From an uncultured Leptospirales bacterium (GTDB lineage: Bacteria > Spirochaetota > UBA4802 > UBA5550), in the NCBI GenBank assembly GCA_964450405.1, contig CAYVCQ010000001.1, forward strand, positions 91,858 to 155,857: a stretch of DNA of 64,000 bases. The letters run 5' to 3'. The notes beneath the pieces were generated by a model. The model worked only from the letters and a program-made list of their open reading frames with translations. It was not told where the DNA came from and made no database searches. Shown in pieces: positions 19,500-28,570 of the stretch. A program made the translations under genes and the position numbers. Position 1 is the first letter of the stretch; every line of letters starts with the position of its first letter.

Positions 19500-19555
19500 A
19501 GATGATCTTAAAATTCATTACGTGAAATACAAAATTCCAGTTTATACTTATTCAA

Positions 19556-19592
19556 ATCCCCCCTGCCCCCCTTTGTTAAAGGGGGTTTTATT
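19556..19592 (+). terminator. Rho-independent terminator after the GntP gene
   Basis: cccccctttgttaaaggggg hairpin followed by ttttatttg. Confidence 0.55.
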
Positions 19593-19752
19593 TGAACAAA
19601 CGGTACATCGTTTAGCTTGTTTTATTCTTCAACAAAATTTAAGCTCCCTTTACCAATGGGGGTGGCCGCAGGCCGGGGGATTTTGTTTGATACCTCTCCC
19701 TGATCAGTAAAAATTCCAATACAAACAGTTAGAGCTGTCCAACTTAATAAAA

Positions 19753-20415
19753 TTACTTCTCTATAATATCTTTAATCTTCGCATCTTTGTATGGAGACTG
19801 AAGAACCATCCGTTTCATGTTATACATGGTGTTATACGGCATATCAATGAGAGAACTGTTTACCAGTGATTCCGGCAGTGAGCCTCCCGGATCGGAGTGA
19901 AGACTGTAGGTTACCCTTACCCGCCCGTTCCCCAGAGGTTCAAATTTCCAGTACCCGTTTAACTTCACCATTCTTACTCTGCCGGATTTAACAGGGATAT
20001 AACCGGGGAGCCCGGTAAGAGAAACAGTAATGGCACCTGTTTTTTTATTCTGCGATGTAATAGATTTTACAGCTATATCCCTCGGGTCAACCGGCCACGG
20101 CAGTGCTGTTACACTATATGTAATTCTCTCATATTCATTCTTTTTCAGAAGAACTGATGCTTCCGAGCATCGGTATATCCACTTTGTATACGAAGAAGTA
20201 TCATCGAGCAACGCAAGTACTGACGATAAACGGCTCTGCACAACTGTTACAGCAAGGAATTCCTTTATTGCCGCGCCGGGAACTGGCCGTGTAAAAACCT
20301 CAATACCGTTATCGTTTTTAACACTCTCCCACTGGTTTTCTGCATTTAGCGCAGAGTTAAATAAAAATAATGCCGCGATAATTGCAGTTGATGTTTTTAA
20401 TATTTTTGTTTTCAC
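19753..20415 (-). CDS. Secreted START/SRPBCC-like lipid-binding domain protein
   Basis: Signal peptide MKTKILKTSTAIIAALFLFNSALNA. Bet v1-like START-domain pattern (WxxVKxxNGIEVFTR...). Confidence 0.5.
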   Translation of the reverse strand: MKTKILKTSTAIIAALFLFNSALNAENQWESVKNDNGIEVFTRPVPGAAIKEFLAVTVVQSRLSSVLALLDDTSSYTKWIYRCSEASVLLKKNEYERITYSVTALPWPVDPRDIAVKSITSQNKKTGAITVSLTGLPGYIPVKSGRVRMVKLNGYWKFEPLGNGRVRVTYSLHSDPGGSLPESLVNSSLIDMPYNTMYNMKRMVLQSPYKDAKIKDIIEK

Positions 20416-20507
20416 TATTTACACCCTATTTTTTTAAAGTTTTAATTTATAGTTAAAATGTGCAGCCATCCCTCAGTTATTTTCAAGAACTATTTTTATT
20501 ATTAGAT

Positions 20508-20611
20508 GTCTGAACCTTGATTCGCAGGATTCAGGGATTTACATGATTTAGAGAGAGTTAACTTCCGGTAAATCATGTAGATCCTTTAATCAAGTGAATC
20601 AAGGTTCAGAT
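20508..20611. repeat. Family-B element, complete copy with both terminal inverted repeats
   Basis: Left arm GTCTGAACCTTGATTCGC. Right arm GTGAATCAAGGTTCAGAT. Nested inner inverted repeat GATTTACATGATTTA/TAAATCATGTAGATC. Core AATCCTTTAATCAAGTGAATCAAGGTTCAGA. Confidence 0.8.
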
Positions 20612-20800
20612 AATTTACCGTTTGCAAAAAGTTATATTTATTCAGTCACCTGCCTGAACATGATTTCGATGATTCAAAAGATTACCATGATTAGACTATA
20701 GACCTCTTTCCACTACAGGTGAAAAAAATATATACAATGCTCTGAAAACAAAATTCAAATAAACCAGCGGGATTCCATGTATTATAAAAATTTCTCTATT

Positions 20801-20842
20801 TAATCCTGTAAATCCCTTAATCCCCGGAATCCTGTTCAGACA
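20801..20842. repeat. Family-B repeat, half copy
   Basis: aatcctgtaaatcccttaatccccggaatcctgttcagacaa. Confidence 0.7.
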
Positions 20843-20972
20843 ATTGACTTGATAAAATTTCATAAACAATAAATCTTCTTCTGTAAAAAATCAAAAAAAA
20901 AAAGGAATTTTATTGCAACAATACAATATAAAGCAGATCATAGTTAACAACTAAACAGTTGAAGGAATAAAC

Positions 20973-21626
20973 ATGAACAGAGATAATACTGCGACACTAT
21001 ATAAAACAGCATTTATATTAAGCATGATTACAATTTTCTATAACATTATCGAGGGCGGAGTATCCACCTGGCTTGGATATGCCGATGAGACCCTGGCACT
21101 ATTCGGATTCGGCATCGACAGCTTCATCGAGGTGATATCCGGAATAGGGATTGCTCACATGATAATCCGATTCAGGAAAAATAATTTTGAAAAAGAGGAT
21201 AGATTCGAAAAGACAGCTCTAAAAATAACAGGGACCTCTTTCTATCTTCTCACCACCGGACTTATAATTACAGGAATTTACAATGCTTTCACCCTCCACA
21301 AACCGGAGACCACATTCTGGGGAATAGTAATCTCTCTGATATCAATCGCGACAATGTACTTTCTTATGCAGGCAAAACTTTCTGTTGGAAGAAAACTACA
21401 GTCGCAGCCGATAATTTCCGATGCGGGATGCACAAAGGTCTGCCTGTACATGTCGGTGATACTTCTTGCATCGAGTGTTATTTTTGAGCTGACAGGAATA
21501 AGTTTTGTCGACTCTATCGGGGCTGCCGGTCTTGCATTCTATTCGTTTAAAGAGGGGAGAGAGTGTTTTGAGAAGGCTGAAAATGTTGAAGCTTCATGCT
21601 CCTGCGGGGGACATTGTGGTGAATAG
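20973..21626 (+). CDS. Cation-efflux (CDF)-like membrane protein lacking the cytoplasmic C-terminal domain, with a Cys-rich C-terminus
   Basis: 217 aa with 5-6 TM helices. ALFGFGIDSFIEVISGIGIAHMI resembles CDF TM2. Ends ...ASCSCGGHCGE. Confidence 0.45.
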   Translation: MNRDNTATLYKTAFILSMITIFYNIIEGGVSTWLGYADETLALFGFGIDSFIEVISGIGIAHMIIRFRKNNFEKEDRFEKTALKITGTSFYLLTTGLIITGIYNAFTLHKPETTFWGIVISLISIATMYFLMQAKLSVGRKLQSQPIISDAGCTKVCLYMSVILLASSVIFELTGISFVDSIGAAGLAFYSFKEGRECFEKAENVEASCSCGGHCGE

Positions 21627-21796
21627 CACTACTTATTTTACATACATATTGTCAGAACACGATTCGTGGGATTCTATAGATTACCAAGATTAGACTACGT
21701 ACCACTTTCCTTTATAGAAATCAAAATGAGCATAGAACTCTTAGACAAAATTTTATTATTCACCAGGATTCCTTAGTTTGTAAAGAGAATCCAATT

Positions 21797-21892
21797 TAAT
21801 CGTGTAAATCCTTTAATCCCCGGAATCCTGTTCAGACAGGTGACAGAATAAATTATGAAAATTTTCAACCAGGTGAATCACGGTTCAGACAA
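21797..21892. repeat. Family-B repeats, two adjacent half copies
   Basis: taaatcctttaatccccggaatcctgttcagacagg and caaccaggtgaatcacggttcagacaattgg. Confidence 0.75.
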
Positions 21893-21955
21893 TTGGAAGA
21901 TGTTTTCTGTAAAACTAACTATTTAAAAAATCTTCAAAGTCACATTTCAAGTCAG

Positions 21956-22807
21956 TTAAAATCTCCGTGCAGGACGCAAGAGGAATGGAGCACCCTTACT
22001 GCCTTCACCGGTTATGCCTGAATTGAAATATATACCATACGCATTCCCATTTGTAGTAGATTCTGTAGAACTCCAGTAAAAAGCATTACTAAAACCTCCA
22101 ACCGAGGATAATTTTAAATTATTGTACATCAATTGAAGTTCATCAATTGACGGCAGATACCAGTCAGTGTACGTGTTATTACTTACTGATAAACAAAATG
22201 TTGCCGCACGATTACCTATATTAGAGTCATAAGGTGAAGTGGGACTGGTTAACCAGTTATAAATCAACAAGGTATTCTCCTTACCTTTACCTATAATATA
22301 TAGTAGTCCGCCCACATATCCTGCTTTGTCTGTCCATAGCAAAGTTGCCTCCTTTGATACAGGTGCTGCTTCCATATATCTCCAGCCATCGGAAAAACTT
22401 CCTTTGTCGTAAAACACAAGACCGCCACCAGGGCCGGTATCTCGGAGGGAATACTTTGGTGCAATTGTTACCGTACACAACGCTGAAATTCCGCTATTTT
22501 CTTTAGATGTAGCAGTGACAGTTGCTGTCCCTGTTGTAACTCCAGTAATCAATCCATTCTGATCAACAGTCACACTGCCGGTTCCGGAGGTAGTGGACCA
22601 AGTTACACTCTTGTTTGCGGTCAATGAAGGGTATACTTCAGCATTAAGCTGCCCTGTTTCTGCCGGATATACCCTTGCGGTCGGACTAAGATATATACTC
22701 TCCACAGGACCGGTTAAATCATTATAAGCACCATAAAAAGTATCAGCACAACCTGTTGTAAACATCAGTGCCGCTATTATAAATAATGGATAAAATATTT
22801 TCTTCAT
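21956..22807 (-). CDS. Lipoprotein with a Big_2 (bacterial Ig-like) domain and a DUF1566-like C-terminal domain, the third paralogue of this family
   Basis: Lipobox FTTGC. Big_2-like VTATSKENSGISALCTVTI. DTGPGGGLVFYDKG, WYLPSIDELQLMYNNL and YWSSTE. Confidence 0.55.
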   Translation of the reverse strand: MKKIFYPLFIIAALMFTTGCADTFYGAYNDLTGPVESIYLSPTARVYPAETGQLNAEVYPSLTANKSVTWSTTSGTGSVTVDQNGLITGVTTGTATVTATSKENSGISALCTVTIAPKYSLRDTGPGGGLVFYDKGSFSDGWRYMEAAPVSKEATLLWTDKAGYVGGLLYIIGKGKENTLLIYNWLTSPTSPYDSNIGNRAATFCLSVSNNTYTDWYLPSIDELQLMYNNLKLSSVGGFSNAFYWSSTESTTNGNAYGIYFNSGITGEGSKGAPFLLRPARRF

Positions 22808-22864
22808 ATTATACTCCTTTTGAAAAACGTTTTTGAAACTACGTGGAAATTATCTTTTCCGTTA

Positions 22865-24289
22865 TTAAAATATATATCCCGCACCAAACAAGCAGCTTAC
22901 AAAACTCATAATACCGCTCTTCTGAAATATCGCACTGTACTCAGCTCCGCCGAATATATGCAGACTATCTGTTATCCCGTAGTCCAGAAACATAGCTCCT
23001 GAAGCCATGGGATTAAATGCATTTTTTGAATAGTTCTCCGGCACTTGCGGATTATCGTGTTTAATATATTCCACCATATTATAACCGGCACCGGCTTTAA
23101 CTACCGGTCTTAGATACAGTGAACTGATTATTGGAAACCTGTAATCTGCAGTGGCAAGAACCGGAATAATTGACATACTCTTCACATCCGTGGCTGCACT
23201 GCTGAAAGTAAAATATCCTGTTTCAATTCCAAAGCTGAATAACCGCACACCCATACAGAAGTCAACCAGTCCGCCGTAACCCGGATCCGCTATAACACCC
23301 ATATCACCAAGCGGTATAAGATAAGAAGCGGAAACACTTGTATATATTATATACCCGGCATCATAGACCGCTTTTACATCCTCGGAATCAGTACCCATTT
23401 CATTTACCGATACCACGGAAAACAAGTGTCTCCCCTTAGCGGGAAAATCTTTTATTACAAACTCTGTGCCTGTTACATTGCCGATTTTTTTTCTATCTTT
23501 ATCATCAAGGTTATAAATTGTGTAAGATTTCACTTTACTCTCGGCATCAGTAACCGGCTTCCATGTCATGGAGAGAGTTACTGTTTTATTGTCAGCTGAG
23601 TATTTTTCTGTCATAACCAGATCTTCCGGCGGATAAGGAGTGGTGCTGGTGATAATCTTTTCACTTGGAAGCGACTCTTCCTCGGTATCACCGATCGCTG
23701 TTACATATACTTCGTAGCTTGAGTTTCTTTTTAAATTTTTAAAAATATATGATGTGCTTCCGGTCTCGGTTATAACTTTGAATTTTTCACCCTTTTTATT
23801 CTCACGCATATATACTTTATATGACTTTGCCGGTTTAAATGGAGGGCTCCATTTAACAAGAATCTTTTCAATTGATGGCTCGCTTATTACATCAGTGGGA
23901 TTGGTTCTGACAATGAACATTACTTTTTTACGATCAACTGTAAACTCTTTCGGATTATTAATCTCTTTACGGAATATGTAGCTGTCTCTGTCCTCATCAA
24001 CCTGATACCCTTCAATAACTTCACCCGATGTCATTCGAACATATATTTTTCCCATATAAAGTTCGGTGTAGAGTATCCTCATAATATCATTTCTATTAAT
24101 CCGTATTGATGCCCCTGCATCATTTTTTACCATCAGAAATGACGGTTCGTCTTTTACTATTGAACACTTAATGATTGAACCGTCTTTCTTAAAAACATAT
24201 TCTGCAAAAAGAGAATGCTCTGACCCCGCGACAAAAATTACAACCGCTGAAACAGCTGTTAACAGTTTTCGTAACATCTTTAATTTCAT
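22865..24289 (-). CDS. Secreted protein with two fibronectin type III-like domains and a C-terminal outer-membrane beta-barrel-like domain
   Basis: Signal peptide. FN3-like segments (ILVKWSPP..YKVYM.., VTLSMTWKPV..YTIYN..). The C-terminal third has alternating hydrophobic residues and a terminal aromatic (..GAGYIF). Confidence 0.5.
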   Translation of the reverse strand: MKLKMLRKLLTAVSAVVIFVAGSEHSLFAEYVFKKDGSIIKCSIVKDEPSFLMVKNDAGASIRINRNDIMRILYTELYMGKIYVRMTSGEVIEGYQVDEDRDSYIFRKEINNPKEFTVDRKKVMFIVRTNPTDVISEPSIEKILVKWSPPFKPAKSYKVYMRENKKGEKFKVITETGSTSYIFKNLKRNSSYEVYVTAIGDTEEESLPSEKIITSTTPYPPEDLVMTEKYSADNKTVTLSMTWKPVTDAESKVKSYTIYNLDDKDRKKIGNVTGTEFVIKDFPAKGRHLFSVVSVNEMGTDSEDVKAVYDAGYIIYTSVSASYLIPLGDMGVIADPGYGGLVDFCMGVRLFSFGIETGYFTFSSAATDVKSMSIIPVLATADYRFPIISSLYLRPVVKAGAGYNMVEYIKHDNPQVPENYSKNAFNPMASGAMFLDYGITDSLHIFGGAEYSAIFQKSGIMSFVSCLFGAGYIF

Positions 24290-24406
24290 TTTAATTTTCC
24301 TGAAAAAAATTTTGCTGCTGCCGGCAAACAGTAGCGGTTTATCTTATATGTTTTGAGATGAACAAATTTACTATTCTAAATTCAGTTTACAGAAAGTAAT
24401 CATTTT

Positions 24407-24470
24407 CTGAACATTGCCGGAACAGGATTTAAATGATTCAATAGATTACCGTGATCCTGTTCAGACAGGT
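24407..24470. repeat. Family-B element, variant with both arms
   Basis: ttctgaacattgccggaacaggatttaaatgattcaatagattaccgtgatcctgttcagaca. Confidence 0.65.
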
Positions 24471-24672
24471 GCAGATTAAATAATTAAAAACAATAAACTC
24501 TATCTCATATAAAAAATCAACCCAAAAAGCATGGGAAGACTTTTTCAAATTTACCCTTCAACTCAATAAAAGAGTATGAAAAACTTGTAAATTATTCAGC
24601 TTGAATGTACATGAATTTAATAAAAGTTCATAAAATCATTTGTGTTTGTTAAGCGAGGCTCAAGATCCTGAA

Positions 24673-25656
24673 CTACTTCAATGTCTTACTCTCATACTTC
24701 GGCTTTCTAAATCCCAGGTCAACCATCACTCCAAAGGTCAGCGCAAGGCGGAGATTTCCGAAAAATAATTCACTTCCCTTTATGTCGGCAAACTCACTGT
24801 CAATTCTATCCTTCCACAAATATTCGGTCCGGGCCAGAACATGCGATGTCGATGGATCTTCGTTGAATGCGTCAATTATCTCACTTCTGAACCGTTCCAT
24901 AAATTCACGGTGATCGTTAAACACAAAGTTTATGTCTTCACTTCCTGAGATAATCCCGAAGTGGCAGAAACCTATAAGCTCAGGATTCATTTTCCGTAAT
25001 TTATCCATGCTTGAGATATAATCTTTATACACAAAGTTCGGAGGCATCGACGTAGGAGTGGAGAGCATTTTACTGTTTGTATAAATTGTCCCAAGCGCCT
25101 CTCCTGCGAAAATAAATAGAGTTTTGTCAGCGCTTACAACAGAAGGTGAACAGTGATCCGCGGTGTGTCCCGGAGTATGAAGGAGTTTTACTCTCTCTCC
25201 TGCAGCAAATTCGATCGGGAGGAATACGTCAGGTTCCACGATGTAGAAAGCCTCTTCCGGAATCGGGTCCATGGTTCCGATAAATTTTCCGAAGGTAGTT
25301 TTGGCACCGCCAAGATGTCCTTCAGCATTCTGAAGATTCCCCTTTGTTATACTGTTTGTATATATTTTAAAATTTTTATTAATACTCTGCATTCGATTAT
25401 ACAACTCGGCACTTCCGCCTCCATGATCAAAGTGGTAATGACTCAGCACAATCCCGACAAGGCTTTCAAACGCAATTCCATGACGGGTGAGAGATTGAAA
25501 CACCGCATCAATATTGTCCGATGTACCAATATCCATAAGGAGCGATTTTTCCCCGTCGCTGTAGCAGTAGACACTGGTAATGGTTTCCATATCAAACTGC
25601 AGAGTGTCAATAAGATAAACATTTCCATGTCTGCACTCTTTTCTGTCAAATGCCAT
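24673..25656 (-). CDS. MBL-fold metallo-hydrolase
   Basis: HYHFDHGGG (HxHxDH) zinc-binding motif, plus downstream His and Asp ligands. Confidence 0.7.
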   Translation of the reverse strand: MAFDRKECRHGNVYLIDTLQFDMETITSVYCYSDGEKSLLMDIGTSDNIDAVFQSLTRHGIAFESLVGIVLSHYHFDHGGGSAELYNRMQSINKNFKIYTNSITKGNLQNAEGHLGGAKTTFGKFIGTMDPIPEEAFYIVEPDVFLPIEFAAGERVKLLHTPGHTADHCSPSVVSADKTLFIFAGEALGTIYTNSKMLSTPTSMPPNFVYKDYISSMDKLRKMNPELIGFCHFGIISGSEDINFVFNDHREFMERFRSEIIDAFNEDPSTSHVLARTEYLWKDRIDSEFADIKGSELFFGNLRLALTFGVMVDLGFRKPKYESKTLK

Positions 25657-25868
25657 TATTAACTTCCTATGATAATTATATTCAGACGTCAGTTAAGTTT
25701 TTTATCATTTATTAGTCCATTTCCAAATGCAGATTACTCGAGGAATCCCCCCGGCGGGTACGCCGACCCCCTTTATAAGGGGGTTAAGATAATTTTGTAT
25801 ATTGGATTCTATCCATTAAATAAATAATTCCCCTCTTCCTTTCAAGGGGGGTTAGGGGGAATTCTTCT

Positions 25869-26159
25869 CTAACAGCAGTTCCCCGAAGATCCGCTGCAGT
25901 CGCAGTTTGGCTCTGTCCCTCGAATCATGCCGTTAATAACCGCTGCTGCGCATCCAACTCCCGCATTGACAGAAACCGCACCATAGTCACAGTTCTTTTC
26001 ACACGCACCGCACTCCATGCATCGGTCTTTATCCAGAATTGAAACTTTTTTATTTTCAAGTTTAAACACCGAATGAGGACACACCTCTACACACATTCCG
26101 CATCCAGTACACTTCTCCGGAAAAATCTGTAGTGTAGTAATATTCTTCAGATATTTCAT
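25869..26159 (-). CDS. hgcB: HgcB, the 2x[4Fe-4S] ferredoxin partner in mercury methylation
   Basis: Two CxxCxxCxxxCP clusters (CTGCGMCVEVCP, CMECGACEKNC). C-terminal Cys-rich tail ending ...CDCSGSSGNCC with the vicinal CC pair characteristic of HgcB. 4-nt start/stop overlap with hgcA. Confidence 0.8.
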   Translation of the reverse strand: MKYLKNITTLQIFPEKCTGCGMCVEVCPHSVFKLENKKVSILDKDRCMECGACEKNCDYGAVSVNAGVGCAAAVINGMIRGTEPNCDCSGSSGNCC

Positions 26160-27370
26160 ATCAACCCCCAGTCAGAAATCTTGTATAAAATCAGAAATAT
26201 AAATGACAGCACCGCACCGGCAATATAAACAGGGAAAGCTATTTTAATCTCTCTCTTTACACCAGATAAACTTGTATAGGTTGAAGCTCCGGTAAACTGA
26301 AGCGCCATATACGATGAAAGAAGCGGGAAGATAATCATCATCGATATAATCAGATATATTTTGTACAATTCAAAAACGTCAGCAAAATAAAACAGAGAGG
26401 CAAAGAGCACAACTCCTGCGACCCATCCCTTAACCGCAAATGCCCTGAATGGAATAAAAGGTAGAAATACAGGAGTAAAAAAAGCACCTGTAAAAATAGA
26501 AAATAATCCCGCAGCAATAAAAGGATACCCTTTCACAATCGAATCTCTGAATATTATTCCCTGTGGTGTTAGTCCGAAAAATATAAAAACAAAAAGAAGA
26601 AAAAGTGGAAACTTCGAGAAAATCTGACGCAGTTCAATTGGTGTAAGAATCAATCTATCTATAATATCAAACCTGACACTACGCATTTCAGCGTCGCACT
26701 TATATCCGTTATTTACATATGCACTTAAATCCTCTGCACGTACAGGTCCGTAGGCAACTCTGAAGCCGCTCTTTCTCCTCACCTCGCCCGAATCAATACC
26801 CGGCGCACCAAGTTGCGGGACTATCAGTTTTTTGTGCGAAACAATTTCCGCCAGTCTCACAAGGGAGATCCGTTTCACCAGTTCTTCTGTACCAAATGTC
26901 CCTTTCCCCGCAGCGCACCATACGTTTATACCGTTTGTATCCAGAACAAGAATCCATGCGTTTATACCGTTTAATGAAGCACGAACCGCATCAAAACTCA
27001 TTTTGTAATTTGCTGTTACAAAAACTTCACTGCTCTGACCCGGAGCTCCAACTGCATAGAGTCCCGGCTTCAAAGTATAATTCATCCTGAAGGAACTAAT
27101 CCTGGCCTTAACCGTTTCCCACTTGTCACGAAAAGAGAGAACCGTTGATACCACAGGCAGATCTGCCGCAGCGGTATGAACATAGCCTGTAATAAATGGA
27201 TAATTATACCGGGTCAGAGCATCATTTTCTCTGCCAGGGGTCAGAGCCCCGTTATTTGAGACAGAAATAGTACCGGGGTCAGAGCATCCGCATGAAGATT
27301 TGACCGGAGGTTGAGTTTTAATCACCGGAGAGATCCGTTTATCGGAGGTATTTAACTTTTCAAATTTCAT
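26156..27370 (-). CDS. hgcA: HgcA, the corrinoid protein of mercury methylation (CFeSP-like cap-helix domain plus C-terminal transmembrane domain)
   Basis: Hallmark motif NVWCAAGKGTF = N(V/I)WCA(A/G)GK with the strictly conserved cap-helix Cys. Five predicted TM helices in the C-terminal half. ATG at 27370 is preferred; the track extends to a TTG at 27406 that overlaps arsR. Confidence 0.85.
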   Translation of the reverse strand: MKFEKLNTSDKRISPVIKTQPPVKSSCGCSDPGTISVSNNGALTPGRENDALTRYNYPFITGYVHTAAADLPVVSTVLSFRDKWETVKARISSFRMNYTLKPGLYAVGAPGQSSEVFVTANYKMSFDAVRASLNGINAWILVLDTNGINVWCAAGKGTFGTEELVKRISLVRLAEIVSHKKLIVPQLGAPGIDSGEVRRKSGFRVAYGPVRAEDLSAYVNNGYKCDAEMRSVRFDIIDRLILTPIELRQIFSKFPLFLLFVFIFFGLTPQGIIFRDSIVKGYPFIAAGLFSIFTGAFFTPVFLPFIPFRAFAVKGWVAGVVLFASLFYFADVFELYKIYLIISMMIIFPLLSSYMALQFTGASTYTSLSGVKREIKIAFPVYIAGAVLSFIFLILYKISDWGLI

Positions 27371-27380
27371 ATGCCGCCTT

Positions 27381-27770
27381 TCAACATTTACATTCACTAT
27401 TTTCAATTTTTATTGACCCTAAGAGAGCACCCAGGAGCAGAGACATCTCGGCTATACCCTCAATATTAAGGCAGTAACAGGATCTGGGACCGTCTATCAC
27501 ACCGGAGATCAATCCGACCGATTTCAGTTCCTTTAAATGCTGCGAAACCGTCGACTGAGCAAGGGGAATTTCGAGGACAATCTCACCGCAGATACAGCTG
27601 TTCCTCTGTGCAAGGATTTTCAAGATTTCTATGCGTGCAGGATGAGCGATTGCCTTTGCAAAATCGGCCGTTTTGAGGGAATTTTTGCTGAATATTTCTT
27701 TCTTATTATTTATCATAGTTATCGTATATCGCAAATATACGATAATGTCAAGGAATAATTTTACAGGCAC
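27381..27770 (-). CDS. ArsR/SmtB-family transcriptional regulator directly upstream of hgcAB
   Basis: HTH region FAKAIAHPARIEILKILAQRNSCICGEIVLEIPLAQSTVSQHLKELKSVGLI with a CxC metal-site-like motif. 10-nt gap to hgcA. Confidence 0.75.
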   Translation of the reverse strand: MPVKLFLDIIVYLRYTITMINNKKEIFSKNSLKTADFAKAIAHPARIEILKILAQRNSCICGEIVLEIPLAQSTVSQHLKELKSVGLISGVIDGPRSCYCLNIEGIAEMSLLLGALLGSIKIENSECKC

Positions 27771-27799
27771 TCGGAAAAAGTAGAAAATACAGCTACTGG

Positions 27800-28390
27800 C
27801 TAAAAATAAACAGCAATCCGCTTTAAATATGCCTCTTCGTAAAATAAAAAATTTTTAACACATTCTTTAAATGAAGACCCTAAATTTATAAAGTAGTAAT
27901 GAAGGGTAAACTTAATCTCAAATTCAACATTTTCATCCAGATAACAGTTAATAAAACCAATACTGTTTTTTCTTGGATCTCGCGACAATCCTTTCCTGAC
28001 AGGATTATATCCTATGTACCAGAGTAACCATAAAAGATATTGTTCAGGATTATCAGATTCTTCTATAATTGTAGATCCAAAGCGTTCATTCCAGAATGCC
28101 CCTGTCTCACCCAATGCGCGGTTATATTTCTCAGCTATTCGCGATTTAATGTACTGCATAATCCCTGAAATTGTTTGTTTATCCTCAAGAGTTCGGATTA
28201 CAAGGTGAATATGATTACCAACCGTTTCTGCAGCAATCAGCTCGAAATCATATTTTTCCTGGCACATCTTTACAGCTTCAATAAAATATATATTAGCATA
28301 TCTGCTTCTTAGCAAGTCTCTTTTACCGTGGCATCTTGTAAAACAGTGATATGTTGCTCCCTGAATTATTTTTCTTAATGGTCTCGGCAT
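27800..28390 (-). mobile_element. REP-associated tyrosine transposase (RAYT; IS200/IS605-like TnpA, Y1 HUH family)
   Basis: 196 aa. HUH motif HIHLVI. Typical Y1_Tnp / transposase IS200-like fold signature (YHCFTRCHGK...GNHIHLVI...YIGYNPVRKGL). No adjacent tnpB. Flanked by GGGTCAGAGC-type inverted repeats. Confidence 0.7.
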
Positions 28391-28447
28391 TTATTTCTCC
28401 GTTTTATTCTTTATACGTCTGCGGGACTGAAAAAATAAAAAAAAAGA

Positions 28448-28510
28448 GGGTCAGAGCAAAAAAAATAGAAAATGAGGCTCTGACCCCTTTTTTAGAATAT
28501 GCTCTGACCC
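28448..28510. repeat. REP-like cluster upstream of the RAYT gene: inverted pair GGGTCAGAGC ... GCTCTGACCCC plus a third GCTCTGACCCC unit, each followed by a T-run
   Basis: agagggtcagagcaaaaaaaatagaaaatgaggctctgacccctttttt...tgctctgacccctttttttta. Confidence 0.7.
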
Positions 28511-28570
28511 CTTTTTTTTATTGACACAACTCTTCCTCATTCCTTTTTATAAAATTATAAAGGAAAACAC

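Noticed and set aside
26156-27406. hgcA read as a corrinoid/iron-sulfur protein (CFeSP, AcsC/CdhD) of the Wood-Ljungdahl pathway
   Set aside because: The protein has a C-terminal multi-TM domain in place of a TIM-barrel or Fe-S domain. It carries the HgcA-specific NVWCAAGK cap-helix motif and is followed by a CC-tailed ferredoxin, which together make the HgcAB arrangement.
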